Assembly: GCA_963794735.1 (NCBI GenBank)
Contig: CAWCFE010000002.1
Coordinates: 2,374,141-2,438,140 of the forward strand
Direction of reading: 5' to 3'
From: Vulcanimicrobiota bacterium
GTDB lineage: Bacteria > Vulcanimicrobiota > Vulcanimicrobiia > Vulcanimicrobiales > Vulcanimicrobiaceae
Length of the DNA stretch: 64,000 bases
Each line of letters begins with the position of its first letter. Position 1 is the stretch's first letter. A program made the position numbers and the translations under genes. Shown here one piece after another: positions 55,537 through 64,000 of this stretch. A model generated the notes under the pieces. That model was not told the origin of the DNA and did not search any database. It saw only the letters and a list, made by a program, of their open reading frames with translations.

Positions 55537-58044
55537 ATGCCCGTTTCGTATCGGCTTGCGACGATGGCCTTCGTCGTCGTCGCCGCCGTTGTTGCCGCGT
55601 GCAGTTCGCAGAGCTCGACTCCCTACGTGCCCCCGGCTGCGGCCTCATTGAACCCAGTCGACGTCTACGATTTCAAGGGAACGCCGTTTGGCGCCGAACC
55701 GAAAGGTCCGCTGGTTGCCGCCGGTTCGATGCTCTACGGCACCACGTACTGGGGCGGAGTCAACGACGAGGGCTCGATCTTTTCGCTCGATCCGCGCGGA
55801 AACGTAAAAACGATTCACAGTTTCGGCGGAACCGACGGCAGCCATCCGATCGCGGGACTCACGAGTGCGGGTCCGTTTTTGTACGGCACGGCCTACTGGG
55901 GCGGGCATAGGAGCGCGGAATGCCTTTCCGGATGCGGGACGGTGTACCGGTACGATGTCGCCGGGCACCGATTGTTGTTGCTGCACTTCTTCGGGGGCCG
56001 GTCGCACGCGGAGAATCCTTACGCGGGCGTCATCGACGCCGGCGGAACGCTCTACGGCACGACCGATGCGATCCACACCTTCGGGACGGTGTACGAACTG
56101 AAAGACGACGGCACCGGGTTTTCCGTCATTCACGAGTTCCAAGGCAACAGACACGACGACGGAAGTACCCCCAAGGGGGACCTCGTTTACAGCGACGGCA
56201 CGTTTCTCGGAACGACGCAGTACGGCGGAAGCGTAGCGGATCGGGGATACGGCGTGATCTACCGTTTCCGCGCGACGAACCCGAATTTCGGCATCATCCA
56301 CAAGTTTCTCGGCTGGCCCTCGACGCTTCCGCGGCACCCGGTGGGCGGGCTCTTCAAGTACGGCGACACCTACTACGGCACGGCCTCTTCCGGCGGGACG
56401 TACGGTTGCGGCGGCGTCTACAGCTTGGGCCCGAAGGGCTTTGCGGTCTTGCACGAGTTTGCGTGCGCCCCGTCCGACGGGAACGAACCATTTTCGAAGC
56501 TGACCGCGGCGAACGGCCTGCTGTATGGCACGACGTACAAGGGCGGCACCGACAATATCGGAACCGTTTTCGCAGTGTCGACCGATGGCAAGATCTACAC
56601 GAGCTATGGCCTCCCGAACGCGGACGGCAAGCGGCCTCACGGCGCCTATCCGTACGCTGGACTGGTGTTGCACGATGGCACGCTCTACGGAACCACGCAA
56701 AACGGCGGAACGTACGACAAGGGAACCATATTTCGCGTCGCTCCCCTCCCCGGGAATCCCACGCCGACGCCATCGGCGTCCCCGACGGCGACCCCGTCGC
56801 CAACGCCTTCGCCTACGCCGTCAACCCCGCCGTCGACGGCGCCCACCTTCGCCACCGTGCATCTTTTCACGGGAGGCCACGGCGGAGCCAATCCGGTCGC
56901 GCCTCTCACCGCTGCCAACGGGAATCTCTACGGCACGACGTACAACGGGGGCGTTTTAGATTCGGGGACGTTTTACGAGGTCGGCAAGCATGGATTCCAG
57001 GTGCTGTACTTATTCAACCCGCTCAAAGGCGTGCATCCGCATAGCAACCTCATCGTGCGCCAAGACCGGCACGGAGTCTCTTTCTACGGCACGACGGAAT
57101 CGGGTGGGGATGCCTTGTGTCATCTCATTGGGTGCGGCGTCATCTTCGAAATGGCCGTCACTTCGGAACACGTGGGCCCGTACGATCTGCACCATTTTAG
57201 CGATGGCGACGGCGACCGGCCGATCGGCGATATCGTCGAGTCGGGCCGTTATCTCTACGGAACCACGTTCATCGGCGGCGCGAGCGTGTTTACGAACTCG
57301 AGGCCGCTGACGGAGCCTCCGTGCCCTCCCGAATGTGGGACGGAATGTCCGGCCGGCTGCGGCGTCGTGTGGAGTCTCGACCGGACGAATAACGCGTTGA
57401 ACGTGCTCCACGCATTCAAGTTCAACGTGCATCGCGCCCTCTACGACGGCGCGTACCCGAAAGCGGGACCGTTACTCGTAGGCCACTATCTGTACGGAAC
57501 GACGGCAGGCGGCGGACGTGCGAGGAACGTGACCGACCACGACGGGACGATCTACCGAATCGACCTCACGAACAACCACTACGAGCTGCTGCACAGCTTC
57601 AACGGCGGGAGCGGCGGTTCGTTTCCGGAAGCGTCGCTGGTAACCATCGGTGGCAACCTCTACGGCGTCGCGCAGAGTGGCGGGCGGGGCTGTGGCGTTC
57701 GCGGGTGCGGCGTCGTCTTCGAAATCGATCTGTCGGGTCCCCGAGCTGTAGAGCGCGTGCTCTATAGCTTTGGCGGAAAACCGGACGGCGCGTACCCGCT
57801 GGCCGGCCTGGTCTACTCTGGCGGCTGGCTCTACGGCACGACGTCGGTGGGCGGAAAGAACGACTACGGCACGGTCTTCCGAATCTCACCCGCCGGCCTC
57901 GGCTATGGCATCGTTCACTCGTTCGATGGAAAAGATGGAGCAAATCCGATGGCGAGCCTCGTGGTCTCGGGTACAACGATCTACGGAACGACCGACAAAG
58001 GCGGCGTAAACGACAACGGCACCGTCTTCGCCCTCAGGTTCTAA
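55537..58044 (+). CDS. large GloVer-repeat protein with an internal Pro/Thr/Ser linker
   Basis: More than 12 LYGTT..GG..G.GTVF units. PT-rich linker encoded at about 56744-56846. Confidence 0.7.
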   Translation: MPVSYRLATMAFVVVAAVVAACSSQSSTPYVPPAAASLNPVDVYDFKGTPFGAEPKGPLVAAGSMLYGTTYWGGVNDEGSIFSLDPRGNVKTIHSFGGTDGSHPIAGLTSAGPFLYGTAYWGGHRSAECLSGCGTVYRYDVAGHRLLLLHFFGGRSHAENPYAGVIDAGGTLYGTTDAIHTFGTVYELKDDGTGFSVIHEFQGNRHDDGSTPKGDLVYSDGTFLGTTQYGGSVADRGYGVIYRFRATNPNFGIIHKFLGWPSTLPRHPVGGLFKYGDTYYGTASSGGTYGCGGVYSLGPKGFAVLHEFACAPSDGNEPFSKLTAANGLLYGTTYKGGTDNIGTVFAVSTDGKIYTSYGLPNADGKRPHGAYPYAGLVLHDGTLYGTTQNGGTYDKGTIFRVAPLPGNPTPTPSASPTATPSPTPSPTPSTPPSTAPTFATVHLFTGGHGGANPVAPLTAANGNLYGTTYNGGVLDSGTFYEVGKHGFQVLYLFNPLKGVHPHSNLIVRQDRHGVSFYGTTESGGDALCHLIGCGVIFEMAVTSEHVGPYDLHHFSDGDGDRPIGDIVESGRYLYGTTFIGGASVFTNSRPLTEPPCPPECGTECPAGCGVVWSLDRTNNALNVLHAFKFNVHRALYDGAYPKAGPLLVGHYLYGTTAGGGRARNVTDHDGTIYRIDLTNNHYELLHSFNGGSGGSFPEASLVTIGGNLYGVAQSGGRGCGVRGCGVVFEIDLSGPRAVERVLYSFGGKPDGAYPLAGLVYSGGWLYGTTSVGGKNDYGTVFRISPAGLGYGIVHSFDGKDGANPMASLVVSGTTIYGTTDKGGVNDNGTVFALRF

Positions 58045-58059
58045 ATTGAAGAGGCAGAT

Positions 58060-59490
58060 ATGATCGCCATTTTACGTTCCGCGGGCGCCGCCGCGCTCGC
58101 CGTTTCGCTGTTGGCCCCCATCGCCGCGCCGGCGCAGACCGCGAGCGATACCCTGGCCGCCGCCACGGTCGCGCAGATCGACTCGGTCGCCACCAAGGCC
58201 GTCACCGCGGGTCACGTCGCGGGCATGTCGCTCTCCGTCGCGCGCGACGGATCGATCGCCTACGAGCGAGGCTACGGCTTCGCCAACCTCGCCCACCGGG
58301 TTAAGGCGACGCCGGAGACGCACTACGAGATCGGTTCGATCACCAAGCAGTTCACCGCAACCGCCGTCCTGCAGCTCAAAGAGGCCGGCAAGCTGTCGTT
58401 GAGCGATACGCTGGCGCGGTGGATTCCGGAATACAAACGCGGCGCCGCTATTACGATTAAAGAGCTGCTCCAACAGACGACCGGCGTCCCCGACTACACC
58501 GACGTCAATCACTTCGAAAAGATCGCGGGCACGCAGCAGCCGAGCTTTGCCAAGATGCTCGCGCTCGTCGCAGACAAGCCGCTGGCCTTTACGCCCGGCA
58601 GCAAGTTCGCCTATAGCAACACCAACTACATTCTGCTCGGCGAGATCGTGGAGCGCGCATCCGGCACCACGTGGGAGCGCTACGTCCGCGCGCACTTGTT
58701 CGCACCGGCGGGTATGACGCAGAGCGGCTTCATCGACGACGAAGCCAAGCTGCAGCCAATGGCGACCGGCTACCAAATGACGAAATCGGGGATCAAGGTG
58801 GCTCCGCCGCTGCTCTCCGGCTGGGCCTGGTCGGCCGGAGCGATCGTCTCGACGGTCGGGGACATGCAGGCCTGGGATGCGGCCCTGCTGCGCGGAAAGC
58901 TCGTCAATCAAACCGATCTCGCCGCAATGTTTTCGCCCGGTAAGCCCGCGTTCGACAAGGGTTCGTTCTATGCGTTCGGCTGGGTCGTCGACAGCGCCGA
59001 CGGCCACAAGCGCATCTGGCACAACGGCGGTACGTTCGGGTTCACGTCATCGAACCTGCTCTTCCCGCGCGACCGTCTGGCGATCGTCGTGCTGCAGAAC
59101 ACCGTTTCGATGGTAGACCCCGATTCCACCGCGATGCGCGTGTTCGAGGCGCTCGTACCGTCCGCGGCCGTCGTCGCGTCTGCGAAAGGCGAGGATCCCG
59201 CCGTGACGGCGCGGGTCCGCAGCGTCATCGCGCAGCTCGAAAGCGGGACGCTCGATCAATCGCAATTGACGCCCGACCTGAGCGAAAAGCTGACGCCCGC
59301 GCTCCTCGCCGACGTCAAAGCGCAATTCGGGCCGCTCGGTGCGCCGCAACAACTGATCTTTCTTTCGAAGCGGCAGACCCCCAAAGGCACGCTGTATACG
59401 TACAAAGCCGTGTTCGCCGCCGCCACCTTGAACGCGCATCTGGGCATCAGCCCCGCCGGCAAAATCGCAGGCTTCAATCTGACGCCGTAA
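58060..59490 (+). CDS. serine hydrolase, beta-lactamase (class C/PBP4-like) family
   Basis: Signal peptide, SITK (SxxK), YSNTNY (YxN). Confidence 0.75.
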   Translation: MIAILRSAGAAALAVSLLAPIAAPAQTASDTLAAATVAQIDSVATKAVTAGHVAGMSLSVARDGSIAYERGYGFANLAHRVKATPETHYEIGSITKQFTATAVLQLKEAGKLSLSDTLARWIPEYKRGAAITIKELLQQTTGVPDYTDVNHFEKIAGTQQPSFAKMLALVADKPLAFTPGSKFAYSNTNYILLGEIVERASGTTWERYVRAHLFAPAGMTQSGFIDDEAKLQPMATGYQMTKSGIKVAPPLLSGWAWSAGAIVSTVGDMQAWDAALLRGKLVNQTDLAAMFSPGKPAFDKGSFYAFGWVVDSADGHKRIWHNGGTFGFTSSNLLFPRDRLAIVVLQNTVSMVDPDSTAMRVFEALVPSAAVVASAKGEDPAVTARVRSVIAQLESGTLDQSQLTPDLSEKLTPALLADVKAQFGPLGAPQQLIFLSKRQTPKGTLYTYKAVFAAATLNAHLGISPAGKIAGFNLTP

Positions 59491-59652
59491 CGAGAAAACC
59501 GCTGAATCGGAGTCATGCGGCGCAACGGGGCCGCGATCTGCGAGAGGGCGTCACTCCGCCCCACAGCAAGCCGTTGTTAGCGCCGGAGTAAAATTGACCC
59601 ACCCCGCCGGTCGAAAATTGACCCACCTGAACCCTCGGCGAACTAGGTTCGC

Positions 59653-60077
59653 GTGCTGCAAAAGGAGCTTCAGGTGGAGACTCAGGTCTTGCATCGGCAG
59701 GGCAAGAGCATTCGCGATCGCGCGCGAGGCGCGAGCGCAGACCAAAGGAAAAATCGAGCGGTTTCATCGGTACCTGCGGGAATCGTTCTTCAATCCGCTG
59801 CAGGCAGCGCAGACTGATCTCGTTGACGTCGCCCTGGCAAATCGAGAGGTACGGCCGTGGCTAGACGAAGTCGCCAACTGCCGCCTTTACGCCACCCTCA
59901 AGGAGCACCCGGTGGACCGGCTCGCCATCGAACGGCAATCATTGCGGCCGCTGCCGCTACCGTACGGCGGTCGGCAGCCCGTTATACCCAGGGGACTTGT
60001 CTTCACGTTCCGATGCCGACAGAATCGCTGCAGCATCCACTTTCGGTCTACGAACGTGTTGCTGAGGAGATCGGCGC

Positions 60078-60081
<4 letters not shown>
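59653..60081 (+). pseudogene. istA: istA remnant (internal deletion of about 600 bp plus frameshifts)
   Basis: The N-terminal LQKELQVETQVLHRQGKSIRD is joined out of frame to AQTKGKIERFHRYLRESFF. A second frameshift precedes [15 protein letters not shown]. Confidence 0.8.
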
Positions 60082-60882
<801 letters not shown>

Positions 60883-60903
60883 TCCGGAGATTTGATTGAA
60901 CCT

Positions 60904-61317
60904 ATGGAGCCCCTCGAACTTGCACTCAAGACGTACCAGGAACTAAGCCCTGTAAGCTACTTGCAGCACACACACGATTCTCGCGTTCACGACATCGCCT
61001 ATGATGGGAAAACTCTCGTGCTTGTGTCGGAGTCCTGGGTCGGCACCGATCCGATTAACCCTGTCTCAAACTTCTCCGTAATCTTTAGCCGTTACCGAGC
61101 CACGTTTTCTGGCGTAGAGAACTTCGAACTGGAAACGATCGACCGCGATGAGTATCCAGGCCCAGCGACCTTTACGGATTTCATAAAGGAGGAAATCCGA
61201 GAAGTAAGCGTAGCACTGCCAAACGTGACGATCGGAACAGACGGACACGAAATCCGATTTATTTGCCGATCCTTCGACGTTGAACGCTTCGCACCGACGA
61301 AAGACGACGTTAGGTAA
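60904..61317 (+). CDS. hypothetical protein carried inside the decayed IS (passenger)
   Basis: 137-codon ORF of ordinary composition, lying between the istB stop and the right-end TGGGTCA repeats. No counterpart in the intact copy. Confidence 0.45.
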   Translation: MEPLELALKTYQELSPVSYLQHTHDSRVHDIAYDGKTLVLVSESWVGTDPINPVSNFSVIFSRYRATFSGVENFELETIDRDEYPGPATFTDFIKEEIREVSVALPNVTIGTDGHEIRFICRSFDVERFAPTKDDVR

Positions 61318-61433
61318 CGGCCCGGCAAAGCGGGAGCCCGGGCGCCCGCCAGAAAACTGTAGCCAAGGTGGGTCACTTTTAAACGGGGACCCAGCGCCAA
61401 AGTGGGTCAGTGTTCGGCCGACGTTAACACCGT

Positions 61434-62885
61434 TCAACCAATCGAGTCCGCGATCGAGGCCGGAGGTCCGCCTGGTCGGGCGCGGATGCGGCCGGTCTCT
61501 CGATCTGCCGCCGTAGTGCCTAAAGCTGATTTGCGAAGACCAGCGCTCGAGCGCTTTGCCCGGCGTCGCAAAGTGCGGCGAGCCGCCCGGGCCAAAACGC
61601 GATGACTTGCACACCGCAGTCGACGATGCCCACCACGTTTGGCGTTCCGTCTGGCGCAAATCGAACCAAACGGGAACCAATTACTCGCATACTGCGAACC
61701 GTCGTCCGACTTTGCCACTGCCACATAGGTGTTCGGCCCGGTCAGGGTGAGTGGACGAGCGGGGCCCGGAAGAAGCGTCATTCGTAGCGTAGAGCGGCCT
61801 ACGCTCACGAGCGCGGCTCCTTTCGGCGTCTGCGCGAGGAAACGATTGAGGCCAAACCACGCAAGGGGCTGCATGTCGCGGAGCCACAAGGGCCTTTGAT
61901 TCTGCGCGTTTGGCGCTAACGAGTAGTAGAACCAGTATCCGGTGTCGCAGACGTAGGCGACAGTCTTCACGACCACCGCTTGGCGCCAGCAGCCTTGCTG
62001 AGGATCGCCCTTCCCGCTTTCGTCGTACGCTGAGTAGGGGCCGAACGGATACGTCGCTACGACGTGCCCGGAGGCCAGATTTACCTGCGAGATGACGACG
62101 GCGATGGAATCGGGATCGAAGAGCGCCCGCTCGTCGAAGTATACATCTCGTCCCTCAGATCCCATTATTCCGCCGTAGATGCCCTTTTGCCAAAGAGCGC
62201 GGCCCGTAGCGCGATCGTATGCCGTCAATACATCCCGCATCGGCTCTCCCGACGTCGTCTTCTGCAAGACGACGTCGCCGATCGACTGTGGAGGGTAAGC
62301 GAAAGACTCTCCCGCCACCTCGCCTGACTTCCATAGTTTTCGTAGCGTGCGTGCATCATATGCGGCGTAGCTCTGACTATCGACTCCGTAAAGAACGCCC
62401 CCAAGCACGCCGAGCGGGCGGATCGGCGCGGAGGCGGTAGGCTCCCCGGTGCTTATCGAGAGAGAACGATCGTCGAGGAACAGCCGGTCTGCAAACATGG
62501 GCAGACGGGCCGGCGGCCAAATCAAATTGGGGTGGACGGCGCGGCTCCAGAGCAATCGACCGTCATCGAGCTTTACGGCCTCGATCGAAGGCCCAACACC
62601 AAAAAGCCCGATCGGTCCGTCGTTTCCACCAAAGAAGTGCACGTCGATGTTGAATCCCAGATACGGGTGCGTCAGCGGTGGTCTTCCACTGCCGAGCGGC
62701 GGAGGCGTTTCGGAAACGACCGGGAGTTGCCGCCAGTGCTGGGTCGGAAGCGTTGTCGCGGTGGCTATTGCGAGGTTAAAACCTTTCATGTAGGCGCTCT
62801 GCGCCGGTGCTCTCGGAGTGCAGCCGCAAACGAGCAGTATCACCGCGAGGACCGTGCCGGCGGCTTCACGCGATTCGAGCGTCAC
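61434..62885 (-). CDS. PQQ-like/BamB-like beta-propeller lipoprotein, probable 3-prime frameshift
   Basis: Lipobox LLVCGC. Repeats DGRLLWS, RTLRKLWKS, GRALWQK. The tail turns Arg-rich after ..NWFPFGSI, while another frame continues protein-like to 61520. Confidence 0.5.
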   Translation of the reverse strand: MTLESREAAGTVLAVILLVCGCTPRAPAQSAYMKGFNLAIATATTLPTQHWRQLPVVSETPPPLGSGRPPLTHPYLGFNIDVHFFGGNDGPIGLFGVGPSIEAVKLDDGRLLWSRAVHPNLIWPPARLPMFADRLFLDDRSLSISTGEPTASAPIRPLGVLGGVLYGVDSQSYAAYDARTLRKLWKSGEVAGESFAYPPQSIGDVVLQKTTSGEPMRDVLTAYDRATGRALWQKGIYGGIMGSEGRDVYFDERALFDPDSIAVVISQVNLASGHVVATYPFGPYSAYDESGKGDPQQGCWRQAVVVKTVAYVCDTGYWFYYSLAPNAQNQRPLWLRDMQPLAWFGLNRFLAQTPKGAALVSVGRSTLRMTLLPGPARPLTLTGPNTYVAVAKSDDGSQYASNWFPFGSICARRNAKRGGHRRLRCASHRVLARAARRTLRRRAKRSSAGLRKSALGTTAADRETGRIRARPGGPPASIADSIG

Positions 62886-63562
62886 GGAACGAGCTCGAAT
62901 GTGAAAACCGCTCCTTCGGTGACGGTGGGACCCGAGTCTGGGACGTTCATCGTCGGGAACAACCGGTATGGCTGAGTAAGATAGTACTCTGGGAGAGGCG
63001 TCACGTTGATCAGCTTTCCGATATGGCGCCCATCGGCTTCCGCGATGGCGCTGGCGCGAGCGCGCGCAACCGCGACGGCGATCTTCAATGCGGCATCGGT
63101 CGCGGCGTCTGGGTTGAGCGGTTCGAGTTTAGAGTCCGGGTGGGTGGCCGCCCTCCAGCCGGTGGCTCGTATTGCAGAAAGGACGGCCGGCATTTTTGCT
63201 GGATCGACGAGCAGCTCTGCCTGAGCATCAGCACTAGCTACCATTCCATTGTGAAGTTGATCGGAATACGCTTCACCGTTGCAAACGGCGTTCACAAGTC
63301 CCATTTTTACCATCAGCGTTTCCAAGCCGGTCAAGGCCAAACGCGCGGCGGCGTTCGCCTCGGCGACGCTCGCAGCTTTATGCTGGTAGTACACGGGCGT
63401 CGCGACGACCCAATCGGCGACGGTAGTCGTTCCGGATGCAACGACGGTTATTCCGGGCGGAAAAGTGACGGCGTCACTCTTCACGTCGAACTGCTGCGCT
63501 GCGGCAGACATCGGAATCAGTGCAAGGGCTCCGGCCCAAAAAAGCGGACGTAACAAGATCAC
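62882..63562 (-). CDS. SIMPL/DUF541-like periplasmic protein
   Basis: Signal peptide. The Ala-rich helical core AIAEADGRHIGKLINV fits the family pattern. Confidence 0.45.
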   Translation of the reverse strand: MILLRPLFWAGALALIPMSAAAQQFDVKSDAVTFPPGITVVASGTTTVADWVVATPVYYQHKAASVAEANAAARLALTGLETLMVKMGLVNAVCNGEAYSDQLHNGMVASADAQAELLVDPAKMPAVLSAIRATGWRAATHPDSKLEPLNPDAATDAALKIAVAVARARASAIAEADGRHIGKLINVTPLPEYYLTQPYRLFPTMNVPDSGPTVTEGAVFTFELVP

Positions 63563-63963
63563 CCTCCTTCAGTTCGGCCGTTTTCTGCCGTCTCATGGTG
63601 CGTGTTAACCGGCGCGAAAAGCCAACGGGCGTCGACGGCTGGTTGCGCGTTCAACTGACCTTGGATGTAAATGTTTGCCTTCGGACGGGACGAAGCAACG
63701 TCCATGCAATTCGCTAAGGAAATATCGAGCAAGGCTGCGCGGACGCCCTCTTCGGTAGAGCATGCGAGCTCTTTTATGACGCTTTCCCGGATCGAAACGG
63801 ACCCAAGCCGCTCGAGAGCCAAGCGTTTGAAGTGTGACGCGGAACAGGTCCCAGGGTGTTGTTTGGTCCACGGTTCGTTTCTCAGCGACTCGAGTGTCGG
63901 CTTCTGAAGCAGCTCGGTGCGCGTCACGAGAGGGCAATACCACGCCAAGTAGCCGCAAGCCAA
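63559..63963 (-). CDS. hypothetical protein
   Basis: 134-codon ORF overlapping the next gene by 4 nt. Confidence 0.3.
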   Translation of the reverse strand: MACGYLAWYCPLVTRTELLQKPTLESLRNEPWTKQHPGTCSASHFKRLALERLGSVSIRESVIKELACSTEEGVRAALLDISLANCMDVASSRPKANIYIQGQLNAQPAVDARWLFAPVNTHHETAENGRTEGG

Positions 63964-64000
63964 TTCAGCCTTCAGAATAAGGAGCGCGCCCCAAGCATCT

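Noticed and set aside
56744-56846. Repetitive CCG/ACG-rich DNA that looks like a microsatellite.
   Set aside because: It is in frame within the GloVer-repeat gene and encodes a Pro/Thr/Ser linker (NPTPTPSASPTATPSPTPSPTPSTPPSTAPT). It is coding low complexity, not a non-coding repeat.

Overview
64-kb segment of a high-G+C bacterial chromosome. No database search was possible, so all family calls rest on motif recognition in the translated ORFs plus direct reading of the DNA. The window has three parts. (1) 1-29.2 kb is a mosaic of mobile and defence DNA. It holds the 3-prime part of a DISARM-like helicase/DUF1998/PLD cassette (2-3604). It holds three adjacent modification-dependent-nuclease-like genes at 4441-7572: an EVE-Mrr fusion, a PD-(D/E)xK protein, and a domain-permuted DpnI homologue. 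A relaxase-like gene is split by an intact IS21-family element (9404-11342, 5-bp target duplication AAGCG). An XRE repressor, an orphan HicB-like antitoxin and a Cys-phosphatase-like gene follow. An excisionase-integrase pair (16823-18250) then heads a visibly AT-richer cargo block of about 12 kb. That block carries a 962-aa NERD-like/SEC-C protein, a small acidic protein plus a 530-aa papain-like protein, and an XRE-ImmA/IrrE pair. It also carries a Bil-type ubiquitin-like conjugation operon (Ubl-E2-JAB-E1, 25992-28507) bracketed by a DUF1883-like gene and a small Zn-ribbon gene. The block ends at tRNA-Ala(CGC) (29169-29244, minus strand). (2) 29.3-59.5 kb is very G+C-rich and core-like. It contains zur-znuA-znuC-znuB, purE-purK, an aldo/keto reductase, glycosidases, a glycosyltransferase, peptidases, a phosphoesterase, an amidohydrolase, a beta-lactamase-family hydrolase, and many secreted beta-propeller or GloVer-repeat lipoproteins. 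Nearly every real gene here is shadowed by long Arg/Ala-rich antisense ORFs, which I rejected. (3) 59.6-64 kb holds a second, decayed IS21 copy (59575-61429) with a foreign passenger ORF, followed by three minus-strand genes. No rRNA genes or CRISPR arrays were seen. The best candidate for an undescribed system is the extended six-gene Ubl operon together with the unassigned cargo modules next to it.
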